From the human T2T-CHM13v2.0 reference genome, Homo sapiens, in the NCBI RefSeq assembly GCF_009914755.1, contig NC_060928.1: a stretch of DNA of 64,000 nucleotides. One strand, 5' to 3'. Positions within the stretch are counted from its first letter, which is position 1. Each line of letters starts with the position of its first letter. The notes beneath the pieces were generated by a model. The model was not told where the DNA came from. It searched no databases and saw only the letters and a list, made by a program, of their open reading frames with translations. This document shows, one piece after another, positions 1-10,418 of the stretch. Made by a program: the position numbers and the translations under genes.

Positions 1-269
1 GTTATTTCCTCACTATATTTTCTCCTATTCATCTCAGCATTCATATGACAGATGTGCCATTCTATGTTAAATTTTTCTGATGACTACCAGTTTCAACACT
101 AAACCACAAAAGGAAAAAAGATATAGTGCAGGGAAAAGCATTGTTGAAGAATAAATATTCTATAATGAACTGTTCACTCCATGTATCAAAAGCAGAACTG
201 AAATGTTACCTAGCCATCATTTGATCAGTTCTAACAGGTTCACCTTGCATTCTATCTTTAAAATCCTTA

Positions 270-557
270 GGCTGGGCGCAGTGGCTTGCACCTGCAATCC
301 TAGCACTTTGGGAGGCCGAGGAAAGAGGATTACTTGAGCCCAGGAGCACAGGAGATCAGCCTGAGGGCAATATAGTGAGGGCTTGTCTTTCAAAAAAAAA
401 AAACCTTAAAAAAAAAGTAGCCAAGTGGTGGCACACGCCTAGCAGGAGGCTCGCTTGAGCCTAGGAGGTGGAGGTTGCACTGAGCCAAGATCATGCCACT
501 GCACTCCAGGCTAGGCAACAGAGCAAGAATGTTTCTAAATAAATAAATACATAAAAT
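270..557 (+). mobile_element. Alu (old, AluJ-like)
   Basis: Starts GGCTGGGCGCAGTGG, dimeric with A-rich linker and tail; flanked by AAAATCCTTA target-site duplication. Confidence 0.9.
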
Positions 558-789
558 AAAATCCTTAAGCCAATCTTCATTTACCAACCAATTTTTAATT
601 CTTTTATTTGTTACCACATTGTCTCTCCTGAATATCCAAAGGCTCAAAGCCTTGGTTTGAATGCAGCTAAATTCATTGGGTTTGATCTCAAGTCAAACTT
701 AGAAATACTGTCATCTCAGCCACAAATTTCACACTAAAGTAGATAGAAACCACTACTAAATCACTACTTTGTCTTAAAATGAAAGTATA

Positions 790-1130
790 ATAGACTGTAA
801 GGTTATAATTGCTTTTTTAAGTTAAACTTTGTTTTACATTTACAGAAAATTTGCAAAAATGGAGTCCCCACACCCCCTTCATCCAATTTCCCCTACCATT
901 AATATCTTACAATACCATGGTATATCTGTCACAATAAAGAAATCGGTATTGGCACTATTACCTAAATTCCACACTTTGTTCAGATTCGCTAGTTTTCCAT
1001 TAATGTCCTTTTTCTGCTGGAGATCCCAGCCAGGATACCACATTACATTTAATCATTATGCATCATTTTCTCTGGCATAATAGTTTCTCAGACTTTTCTT
1101 GTTTTTGAGTAGTGATTAGGTAATTTGTAA
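790..1130 (-). mobile_element. Old L1 (L1M-type) 3' fragment
   Basis: Resembles antisense L1M 3'UTR; recognised by eye only. Confidence 0.45.
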
Positions 1131-1140
1131 AATGCTAACC

Positions 1141-1380
1141 AGCGATCTCAGCTCACCATAACTTCCGCCTCTCGGGCTCAAGAGATTCTCCCACCTCAAC
1201 CTCCCGAGTAGCCGGGACTACAGGCGTTCACCACCACACCAGGCTAATTTTTGTATTTTTAGTAGAAACGGGGTTTCGCCATGTTAGCCAGGCTGGTCTC
1301 CAACTCCTAACCTCAAGTGATCCGCCCGCCTCGGCCTCCCAAAGTGCTGGGATCACAGACGTGAGCCACCGCGTTCGGCC
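1141..1380 (-). mobile_element. Alu (AluS-like), tail end missing
   Basis: Antisense Alu consensus ending ...GAGCCACCGCGTTCGGCC at 1380. Confidence 0.9.
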
Positions 1381-1439
1381 CCTTTTTCTAATATTGTCTA
1401 AAATAAGTATCCTAAACAGGAAATACCAAAAAAATCCCC

Positions 1440-2100
1440 CTCGCTTTCGTGACCTACACCGGTAAGCGTCAGGATCTTTCGCTATGCGAGAACCTTTTGG
1501 CTCTCGTATGTGCGCATGCGTCTGGATCCGGAGCCAGGTGACCCGCTCAGACGTGGACCATGTGCGGGGGAGGGGGGAAAGGAGCCGCGAAGGGGGTGGT
1601 AGACGGAACAGGTGGAGCCGCGGCGGGGCTAGGCGGGGCGGGGAGTGAAACAGCATAGGCTCCGCCCCTCGCGGCGCTTCCCCCGGAATAGCGTCATCAG
1701 TTCTATAAGAGAGCGTGTGCCGAAGGCCTCGGCCTTTCACATTCGGGAAGCGTCGGGATTAGGTGAAAGTACGTAGTTGTCTTTCGTAAGTTAAAATGAT
1801 AATTGGGCCGAAACTTACTGCCTTACCTAAAAGGCAGCGCAGTCAGGATATTGGTAGGTCGGGGGCGGCTTTGGAAACCCTTAAGTTTACAAGCATGCGC
1901 GGACTTGAGTGCTCATTAGGTCGCCGGGCGTCCACGTGCAGCCCTGGACCCTGAACCCCGGCGTGCGTGGGCCGTGGGCCCTCGGGGAAAGGTTCCGTGC
2001 ACTCGGGGACTCCGGTGAAGCCTGTTCAGCCGTCTGTGTCATGTGGCCATCTTGAGTCTACTCTGTCGCTCTTGTGCCCTAGCACCCCGAGAACCGTCAG
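1440..2100 (+). promoter_or_regulatory. CpG-island promoter of SNHG8
   Basis: High CpG/GC against an AT-rich background; NRF1-like TGCGCATGCG 1511-1520, GC boxes ~1632-1643, ETS CCGGAA 1683-1688, TATAAGA 1704-1710 about 30 nt before pyrimidine start CTTTC 1734, E-box CACGTG 1933-1938, YY1-like GCCATCTT 2046-2053. Confidence 0.85.
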
Positions 2101-2165
2101 TTTGAGCCAGATGGTGAGTAATAACCTGTAGCAGTTTGGTTGCTGGTTAATTCTGGATTGTGAAT

Positions 2166-2296
2166 CTCCATGTATCTTTGGGACCTGTCAGCCGTGGCAG
2201 TCTCCCTTCCTAGCCATGGAAGAGCATATCCTTGTTTATTGGCAAAGCTGTCACCATTTAATTGGTATCAGATTCTGACTTGCACAAGTAACATTC
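2166..2296 (+). ncRNA. SNORA24: H/ACA box snoRNA SNORA24 (ACA24), guide for 18S rRNA pseudouridines (U609, U863)
   Basis: 131 nt intronic; H box AGAGCA 2221-2226; ACA 2291-2293 three nt from the end; guide halves TTCCTAGC (2207-2214) and GACTTGC (2277-2283) each start 14 nt upstream of the H/ACA box and complement 18S GCUAGGAA and GCAAGUC; sequence recognised. Confidence 0.95.
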
Positions 2297-2773
2297 ACTG
2301 TTAAAAACCTAGAGGGTGCCGGGTTATTGGGCAAAATTTCTAAACCGTTGTTCAATGTTTCTAGGAAGCTGAGCTGAACACATTACGATGGATGATGGAA
2401 ACATAAGGTACATTTCTTTTTTGATATTTCTGAGTTAATCTGAAACGCCTTAGCGGCAGGACGTTGGAAAGCTAAAGTTGGCCCGTTTTGCTGGCTTTTG
2501 TAGTTTGAGTTAACAACCAACTGAATTAGCTGATAAGATCTCAAAACAGTGAGGTAAGTACACAGCTCGGAGTTTTATAATGCTTTTTTTCTCTTGCAGA
2601 CTATCAAGAAATCCAAGTGGTAATGGGCGAAGTTTATTCAGCATCCGGCAATGGACTTATCGTAGTTGGGGAAACGGGTGTTCCGAATAATATCCTGGAA
2701 GTTATCAGGACACCTATTTTAAATATAGGCCTGAATTTTGTAAAGTAATATTTAAGGTGGTCCGTGATAATTA

Positions 2774-2779
2774 AATAAA
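2774..2779 (+). terminator. Poly(A) signal of SNHG8
   Basis: AATAAA in the last exon followed by U/GU-rich sequence. Confidence 0.8.
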
Positions 2780-3014
2780 ATGCTTAATTCATGTGGCTAC
2801 TCATTGTTCCTTGACTGAGTGATTAATAGACGGAAAGGTAGTTAATAGCATAATACCTCCTATTTAGTGTTACACGCTCATGTGGAAGTAGTGTGAGTAC
2901 AGTTCTAAGGTAATTGCAGCCTTTGTGAAAAATGTAAAATATAAAAATTACCAGGCTACCCCCAAGGGAGACAGCAGACTCTTTTTAAACCATACAAAAA
3001 TTTAAGGCAGTTAT

Positions 3015-4911
3015 ACAAGGTGGAAAATTATGTATTTATTTACACAAATATGCACAGAACACTTGTATCTTTCAAAAGTCACACTTAAGACATAGTAAAA
3101 GCATGTTGTATGAACCATGTATTCTTAAGGATTGAGCAAACTGCAGGCTGCTTGCTGCCTTTTAGGTTTGCTAGTCCCTGATCTACTTGAAACAGATGTT
3201 GCTTGCCCCAACACTAGTTTAATTATAAGGGCAGCCTGTGAGAAAGTTTCAATAGACATTTTTCTCACCTATATTGCACGTTTTTCTGAAGCCCTTGTGC
3301 AAGTGTGTGTGCCATGTGTAGTTCTATTTACATATAAACGCTACTTTAAAAGTTTATCAAAATCATGAGTTTTTACAAAAGTTTTTAATGCTCTTCTGCA
3401 TTATATGCAGCATTGCAAATCTGCAAAGTAGTAAAACTATAAAGCACCTTTAGGTTTGCACCAGTTATTACAGAAATGGGGATTTGTGAAAAGGATGTAA
3501 TTTGATGTAGAAGGGCAAAGTCCTTTAATGACTGGCATTCAAGAGGATTACTTAAAACAATTTGTAAGTTCATGCTAACCTCTTCCCTATATTTATACTA
3601 CTGGGACCTGGGGAAGGATCCATGACATGGAAGTATCTTGAGTGTGCCTTTTAAATTTGAGCATTACTGCTAAGAATGTTCTGTAAAGGTGCATAGTTAA
3701 GCAGCTATCCCTTAACTCTTGGAGAAATAGCCATAGGGAAACCAATCATTTAGGTAGGAGAACCATGGGGAAAAAAATCAGCATTTTTTCTGGAGTTTGG
3801 AATCAGTTTCACCAACTGGTCTCACTTTGAGGCAAGCCTGTTTTCCCCCATTTGAAAACAAGGGCTACTACCATAAGATTTACTGGCCTTTTGCAAATTG
3901 TCAGTGATGTGCAAAGCTGCCTAATGCAGTGCCTGGCATATGTTATAACTGCTGTATGTATTAGAACTTTTCAATGTGTAGGCCAGGAAAGCATTTTGAC
4001 TAGTATATTTTAAGATTGGATTGTATCAGGTTGGGCTTGGGAAAACCTGCAGGTATAAGTCAGTTACAGGGAAGTGTCAGTGGGTGGCACTCTTACATCA
4101 TGGTCGGGGAACGTGGACTATGATGAGGTGCTTGTTAAAAGCAAATATAGTAGATATGTTAATGTGTTGGATAAAATAGGTTGTATGTCCAGCTGGCATT
4201 TAGTTACCAGAAATCCTTTCAAATTTTGCTAGTTTATACGCTGTAGGTAGAAAGTATTTTTATCTTATGGTTTCTGTAGCACTTGGTACTCAACAAGGAT
4301 ACTTGTTTCCAAATATCAGATCACTTTGAGAATATATTGTGACAGGCAGATGTCCTTGAGGCTTTACTACTCCTATTCAGGCCTAAAAGTTTATAGTGGA
4401 ATTCTTTAACCACTGATTTCCTCACTTGACAAAGGCTACAGAGAATATGAAGATTTCTTGTCAAGTCTTTTGAAAAGACCTAAGCATAAATATGCCACTC
4501 ATGAGTGTAGTAAAGGGTACCGCATTTATGTCAAATGTGGGTATTTAATATGATTTCAGACACCACTGATTCAATTAAAAGGGGTTCTCAGTTCAAATGT
4601 AAAAATGATCTTTTGTAAAATCAGCATAGAATGATTTTGAGAAATAGGTAGGGGATAGATGAGGCTTAGAATAAGTCACTCCAGTGAAATTAGGGTAGAA
4701 AATGTTCATTTAAGGATTATCACTTCCACTACACTGAGGCCTCTGAAAATGTTCACAAATTTCTCAAAAGCAGCAGGGGGTACACAATTTTTTACCACAA
4801 CACAAAGCAAAAACAGATCTTGCCATTTGTTGTCATCTCTGCTGAGTGCTAATAGTGGGGGTTCAAAGTTTTCCATTTGTTTAAATGCTGCTTTGAAGTT
4901 TCCATGAAGAA
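3015..4911 (-). other. PRSS12: PRSS12 3' UTR (~1.9 kb; possible proximal ATTAAA at 4544-4549 and 3384-3389)
   Basis: Between stop codon (4912-4914) and distal AATAAA. Confidence 0.7.
3035..3040 (-). terminator. Distal poly(A) signal of PRSS12
   Basis: TTTATT on + = AATAAA on -; cleavage expected ~3015. Confidence 0.75.
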
Positions 4912-5219
4912 TTACAGTTTGGTGACACTTTTTATCCAAGGTACAAAGGCTGAGACTTTGGTATAAACACCAGGAGAATCCTTGACTCCACAGCCATACC
5001 CCCAGGAGGTCACCCCATACACCACCCAGCTCTCTCCGGGCCGTTCACACATGAGTGGTCCTCCGCTGTCTCCCTGGCAGCTGTCCACGCGTTTGTGTTC
5101 ATGGAGGTTTCCAGCACAAAGCATTCTCCCTGTAAACCGACCCTTATAACGTTCTTCACAAAACCTTTTAGGAAGTAAGGGAATGGCTGCTTGTTGTAGT
5201 GTTCTTGAATAGGCTCGTC
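4912..5219 (-). CDS. PRSS12: Neurotrypsin exon 13 (last coding exon); catalytic Ser in DSCQGDSGGP (AGC 5065-5067), S1 Asp (trypsin-like)
   Basis: Translates RAYSRTLQQAAIPLL...GDSGGP...WIKSVTKL*; acceptor AG at 5221-5220; phase matches exon 12. Confidence 0.97.
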
Positions 5220-5806
5220 CTACTCAGACCAAACATCTGATTAGTGGCATTCCAGATAACCATCGCAACATTTAACAGTTACTGAGCATGTAATAGTTAT
5301 GAAAATAAAATCCCTGTTGTGGCATTAGTGTAGTTTAAAATGAGCAATGACTAACTGGTATGTACTATTGTTAGCTGCCTTTTTTAATGTTGACACAATC
5401 TTAACCTTCACAAATTTCTCAGTACTGAATTGTCTGAGGAATAATGAATAACATTTATGGATTTGTAGAGTAAGGTGACCTAAGAAAGCATATTTGTGCA
5501 GGCTTTCGTATTTGAATTCTGTATATTAAAAAGCATAGAATGCATTAATGCTGGTTTCGCATTAGCACATCAATTCATATCTACTTCACTGAATTAAACT
5601 GAGTTCTCAGTTTATGCTAAAGTTCTCATTAGAACCAACAATACCTCCAGAATATAAGTCTCAATTACATGCATGCATTTCACACTAAGCAAAATTTCTC
5701 CAAATAAGTCTGAATCCATTTAAGATCTTATTGCCCATTGCACACCCAAATATATGGATAATACCAGACACAAAAAGGTGCCCTGCTTTTTTTGATTATG
5801 CCTTAC

Positions 5807-6087
5807 CTGTGTCACCCCATCCTGTTATGTAACAGTTGGATGCTGTTTTCTGTGGCCTCTCTCTCCAGAGTGGTAAACAGGCTGGCAAAACATGGCTGCT
5901 GAATCTGGCACATTGCTCTTCTGGTCCTTGTAATCTAACCAGGGCTATGTCATAATCACTGCGGTCGGGTCGATACTCCCGATGAATCACAATCTGTTGA
6001 ACTCCAATTTCTTCCTCAAACTCCTCTGGTACCAGAGTATGATAATCTCCAACCCTAACAGCATAGCTCCTAGTGCTGTTGCCATAC
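5807..6087 (-). CDS. PRSS12: Neurotrypsin exon 12; catalytic Asp (DYDIAL, codon 5949-5951)
   Basis: YGNSTRSYAVRVGDYH...CYITGWGDT; CAG acceptor, GTAAGG donor; 281 nt. Confidence 0.97.
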
Positions 6088-7068
6088 CTGAGAGGCAGAG
6101 AGTACTAATGAGAGACTTGCTTCAGATACTGAAAATTATTGTCAAGAAGGAAGACTAATGAAGATACAAGCCTTTCTTCCAAATCATCAGCCCCTTTTGT
6201 AAATTCAACCTTTCTTTCCATTTATCTGACCCACCATTCCTGATCCTCTACTGCAAACCCATTGTCATAACCTCATCTTCATTTCATTATGTAATCTGTT
6301 CTCCAAGAAGGAGCAAATGTGGAGGATGAGTGGAAAATAAAGACTAATCATTAATCTGTCATTTCCCAAATGAAAAGCGATCAAAACAGGAATAGGTCAA
6401 AATTATTGTCCTGTGTTGTTGCCCTGTTATTTCCAAGAATTGTTAGTTTGTCATGAAGCTCTGTGAGGGCAGAAACTAACTTTGTGTCCCTCAAAGTACT
6501 TAGTACAATCGACTTCACTCTTGCAAGGTGGACTTAAACTACTTCCCTTTCCTCTAAAGTGAATGCAAACCCAAACTATACTTTCAGATAAACATATATT
6601 CCTTCTATCCTTTCCCCTCTTTTAAATCTTTATTCAGATGTCACCTCAATGAAGCCTACTTTGACACCCTCGTATTTAAAATTGCAACCCATCTTTCTTT
6701 TTCCTCCCATCATCAAACACTCCCAATATCATTCATCTCTACTTTTCCTCGTTTTTAAGCATCACTTTGTAACAAAACTATCTAATTTACAATTTATTGC
6801 ATTTATCCTCCTCCCTGCTTGAGTCAAAGCTATTCCAGGTCAGAGATATCTTTGTTGTGTTCACTGATTAATCTAAAACACCTAAAATAGTGTTGTGCCA
6901 TTAATTAGGAATGCAAAAAATTGATTAAGTTAGTGAATGCTTATTATTAATGTATACTTTCTATAGTCCATTAAAATAGAAGCAATATTTACCAGATGGA
7001 TAGTTCTCAGCCCATTTTTCAGCCATCATACTAAAGTATGATGATTCTGATACCAAACCCACCTAAAG

Positions 7069-7299
7069 CAGGGTTTCTCAATCTCAGAACCTATTAACAT
7101 TTTGGACCAGGTAATTATCTGTTGTGAGGGCTGTCCTGTGCATTATAGTGTGTTTAGAAGCATCCCTGGCCCCTATTCACTAGACGCCACTGGTACATGG
7201 TACACAAACCCTCCATCCCCAGTTGCGATTACCAAAAATGTCTCCAGACATAGTCACGTGTTCCCTGTTAGGCAAACTGCCCCCAGTTGAGAACCTCTG
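7069..7299 (+). mobile_element. MER20 (hAT-Charlie MITE)
   Basis: TIRs CAGGGTTTCTCAA...TTGAGAACCTCTG; near 8-bp TSD ACCTAAAG/ACCTAGAA. Confidence 0.85.
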
Positions 7300-8514
7300 A
7301 CCTAGAATGCATGACACAACCCATCTCCTAGTTACTTCCTCTTTTTCACAGAAGACTAGAGCTCCATGCTCATTGCATTCCACTACTTATAACATTCTTA
7401 AGACTTAATTTCCAATAACTTTTCCTTTGTAGTTCCCTGACTTACTCATCTGCAATGAGTGTATTCTCCACCTCATCTCAGCCACACACTTACAATGTAA
7501 AACCTAGACCTTGTATTCACCAGGTAACCACACACCTCTGAAATCTTGATTTCACACATACCGTTATTTCTGCCTTCTGTTTTTACAGCTCTAAAATCCT
7601 TCAAACCCATTGGACTTCTATCCTTTGGCCCTACTATTTTTTCATTTTAGTCTTTTATGACTTCCCTTATTATCTGGCTTGGGTTCTACCGTCTGCCCAT
7701 TACAACAATCACTCGAAAAACTACCCTGCTTGTCTTTTACCTGCCAAAACTCCAGCCCTGGTTTCATCAGCTCTACCTATTTTGTGCCGGCATCTAACTG
7801 TTAAAGTGGGGAAGCACGCATGTAACAACTTTCACCTTAAATTTTTTTTAACCAAAACTTGGGTCTTTTATTGTTTACAAGACCTGTACTTGAATGTGAA
7901 CTTAGAACTGAGTTGGTATTCAAAAGCTTGGCATTTTCTAGTGTCTATTTAAAATAAAACTTCCCACTTCTATAAAATTACTGGAGGTTATGAGATGCCT
8001 GAATATTCTAATCCTTAAGTAGGGCTCTGACCATCTCGTATATATGATTAACTGTCAGCGCTCAAAAACTAAACAGTGCAATAAAGATGATTTGGCTTAT
8101 ATAGCCACCTACTGTTGATCTTTAATATTAATAGTTAATCTGTGATTTCTTGAGACTCAATCTTAAATCATCACATATCTTTAAAGTTCAGAGGCTTTTT
8201 AATATATTGTGCCTAAAGTATATGCTCTTATAGCTTCCTTGAAAATTTAAGTAAAATTTAGGATTATTTCACATACTGAACTAAAAAGTAATAGGCATGG
8301 AGAGTAATCAAGTACTTATTTTCACTTCTACTTTCTGTGTGCTAGTAATATCGCTAGTATATTCATTAAATTTTATTAACAGTACATTCACATATTTAAA
8401 GTAAAACCCCAAATGATTTAACACTTTTCCCACAAGAATTATTGTAAATACATCCTTGAAAGTACTGCTGAAATGTTGCATTTATCTTTTTAATAGAATT
8501 TAAGAAATTATCTA

Positions 8515-8775
8515 GAGCTGTAGTGCCCGATATAGTAGCCACTAGCTAACTGTGGTTACTGCAGCACTTGGAATATGGTTAGTCTGAATTGAGATGTGCT
8601 GAAAGTACAAAATACACAGAATTTTGAATACTTAGTATGAAAAAAAAACTAAAATATTGTCCCTATAGATAATAAGAATATTAAATATCTCAACTTTTCT
8701 ATTAGTTACATTTTGCAATGATAATATTTTAGATACACTATGTTAAATATATTATTTAAAGTACTTTGACCTGTT
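8515..8775. mobile_element. MER3/MER33-like hAT MITE
   Basis: GTAGCCACTAGC...GTCTGAATTGAGATGTGCT consensus-like core. Confidence 0.65.
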
Positions 8776-10123
8776 TGGGTTTTTATCTTTTTTTTTCTTT
8801 TTTTGAGACAAGATTTCACTCTGTTTTAAGTCTTATTGCAACAGTATTTTCCATTCTGTAAGAAACAGCTGTGACGCTTGGCTAAATTAATCTTTGCAGC
8901 TAAACTGGCTGTATAAATCTATTCCGCATTATCTATAAAAATTGAGTCTTCAACCAGTAAGCAAAGAAACAGGACATTACTAGCACAGGCAATTTATTTT
9001 TAAAATAATATCAATGTTAAAGCCCTGGGCAATCTTGCCTTAATGTGTCATTTCATGCCAAGACTATTGCAGTAGTCGCCTGAATGGACTTGCCGCTTCA
9101 AGTTTTAAATTTTTCAACCCATCCCTCATGCTGCCGCCAGAGTGATGTTTCTGCCTGATAATATAACTCCTTCTGAGTACCCTTCAAGGGATCCCCAATC
9201 TATGTGAAATTCAAATTCCTTAAATGATACACAAATCCATCTAAGAACTGGTCCTTGTTCCCCTCTCTGATACCAGCCTGGCCCCTGTGCTCCTGTCATT
9301 TACACCGTTTGAAGAGTTGTCTTACAAACCCACGTCATTATCCAAACTATGTGCAATGTTGTTTCTCTCATCCCCTCTATCCTAATATGGCAAAACCTGA
9401 TTTTGTCCTGATCAAGTCAAAGATCTCCTAGGAGGCTCCTCCTAATCTTCTGCTCTCCTGAAAGCTAGCCAATCCTTTTGAACACTCTCAATGCATATGT
9501 AACAGTTTCTAGGACTTAATTAAAGGCTTTTCAAGGGCAAGGACCATGTCATGATCACTATTGTATCCTTAGCACCCAGCAAAGTGCTTGGCACAGAGAA
9601 AGCGCTTAATAAATGTATAATGAATGAGTTATTTTGAAAGACATTCATGTCCACATACATACACTCTCATCCCTAACTTACTGAAATTAAAAAGAGATCT
9701 TATCAATTACCATATTATAACAAAACTATCAAAAAATGTTTCTATTTCCTATAAAAACCCCATGAAAATCCATGGGGTTCAGATCCACCGTCAGACTTGG
9801 GAACCACTGAACCAAAGACTCAAAAGTGTGGGCATAACTCCTGCCCGTACATGCCCAGAACTTCACTGGATGAAGTAAGCATCCTAAGAGATTACTAATA
9901 GAAACCAAAATGCAAAAAGCATACATGTTCCATACATACACTGTGTTCCTGGATCAAGTAGATTTTGGCAGGTAAACCCCAGAATTTGTATGCTCACCAA
10001 TCAGCAGTTTATATTAAACTGAGAATAAAAATATTTACCTAACAAAAAGGCGAACAGTACCATTCTTGTCAAAATGAAGTTGTTAGTTCATATGTATATA
10101 TGGAATACACACACACACACATC

Positions 10124-10418
10124 TTTTTTTTCTTTTTTGAGACAAGGGTTCACTCTGTTGCCCAGGCTGGAGCGCAGTGGTGCGATCACGGCTTACTGCG
10201 AGCCTTGATCTCCTAGGCTCAAGCCATCCTCCTGCCTTAGCCACTCAAGCAGCCGGGACCACAAGTGCATGCCACCATGCTCACTAATTTTCAAAAATTA
10301 TTTTTTGTAGAGATAGGGTCTCACTATGTTGCCTTGGTTGGCCTCAAACTCCTGGGCTCAAGCGATCTGCCTGCCTTGGCCTCCTGAAGTGCTGAGATTA
10401 TAGGTACTGCACCCGGCC
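10124..10418 (-). mobile_element. Alu (AluJ-like)
   Basis: Poly-T followed by antisense Alu dimer. Confidence 0.9.

Larger units (their letters stand above)
1734..2800 (+). ncRNA. SNHG8: Small nucleolar RNA host gene 8 (lncRNA); exons ~1734-1785 (alternative donor after 1768, or intron 1 retained), 2083-2113, 2365-2407, 2600-~2800
   Basis: Donors GTAAGT 1786, GTGAGT 2114, GTACAT 2408; polypyrimidine+AG acceptors ending 2082, 2364, 2599; AATAAA 2774-2779; hosts SNORA24; position next to the PRSS12 3' end fits the known locus. Confidence 0.88.

Noticed and set aside
1228-1740. 170-aa minus-strand ORF across the SNHG8 promoter
   Set aside because: Not a true ATG start; stop-poor because of CpG-island GC content; C-terminus is translated Alu
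2408-2599. Possible second snoRNA in SNHG8 intron 3
   Set aside because: No properly placed C/D or H/ACA boxes with terminal stem recognised
3385-3573. 62-aa ORF in the PRSS12 3'UTR
   Set aside because: No recognisable domain or splice support; length expected by chance
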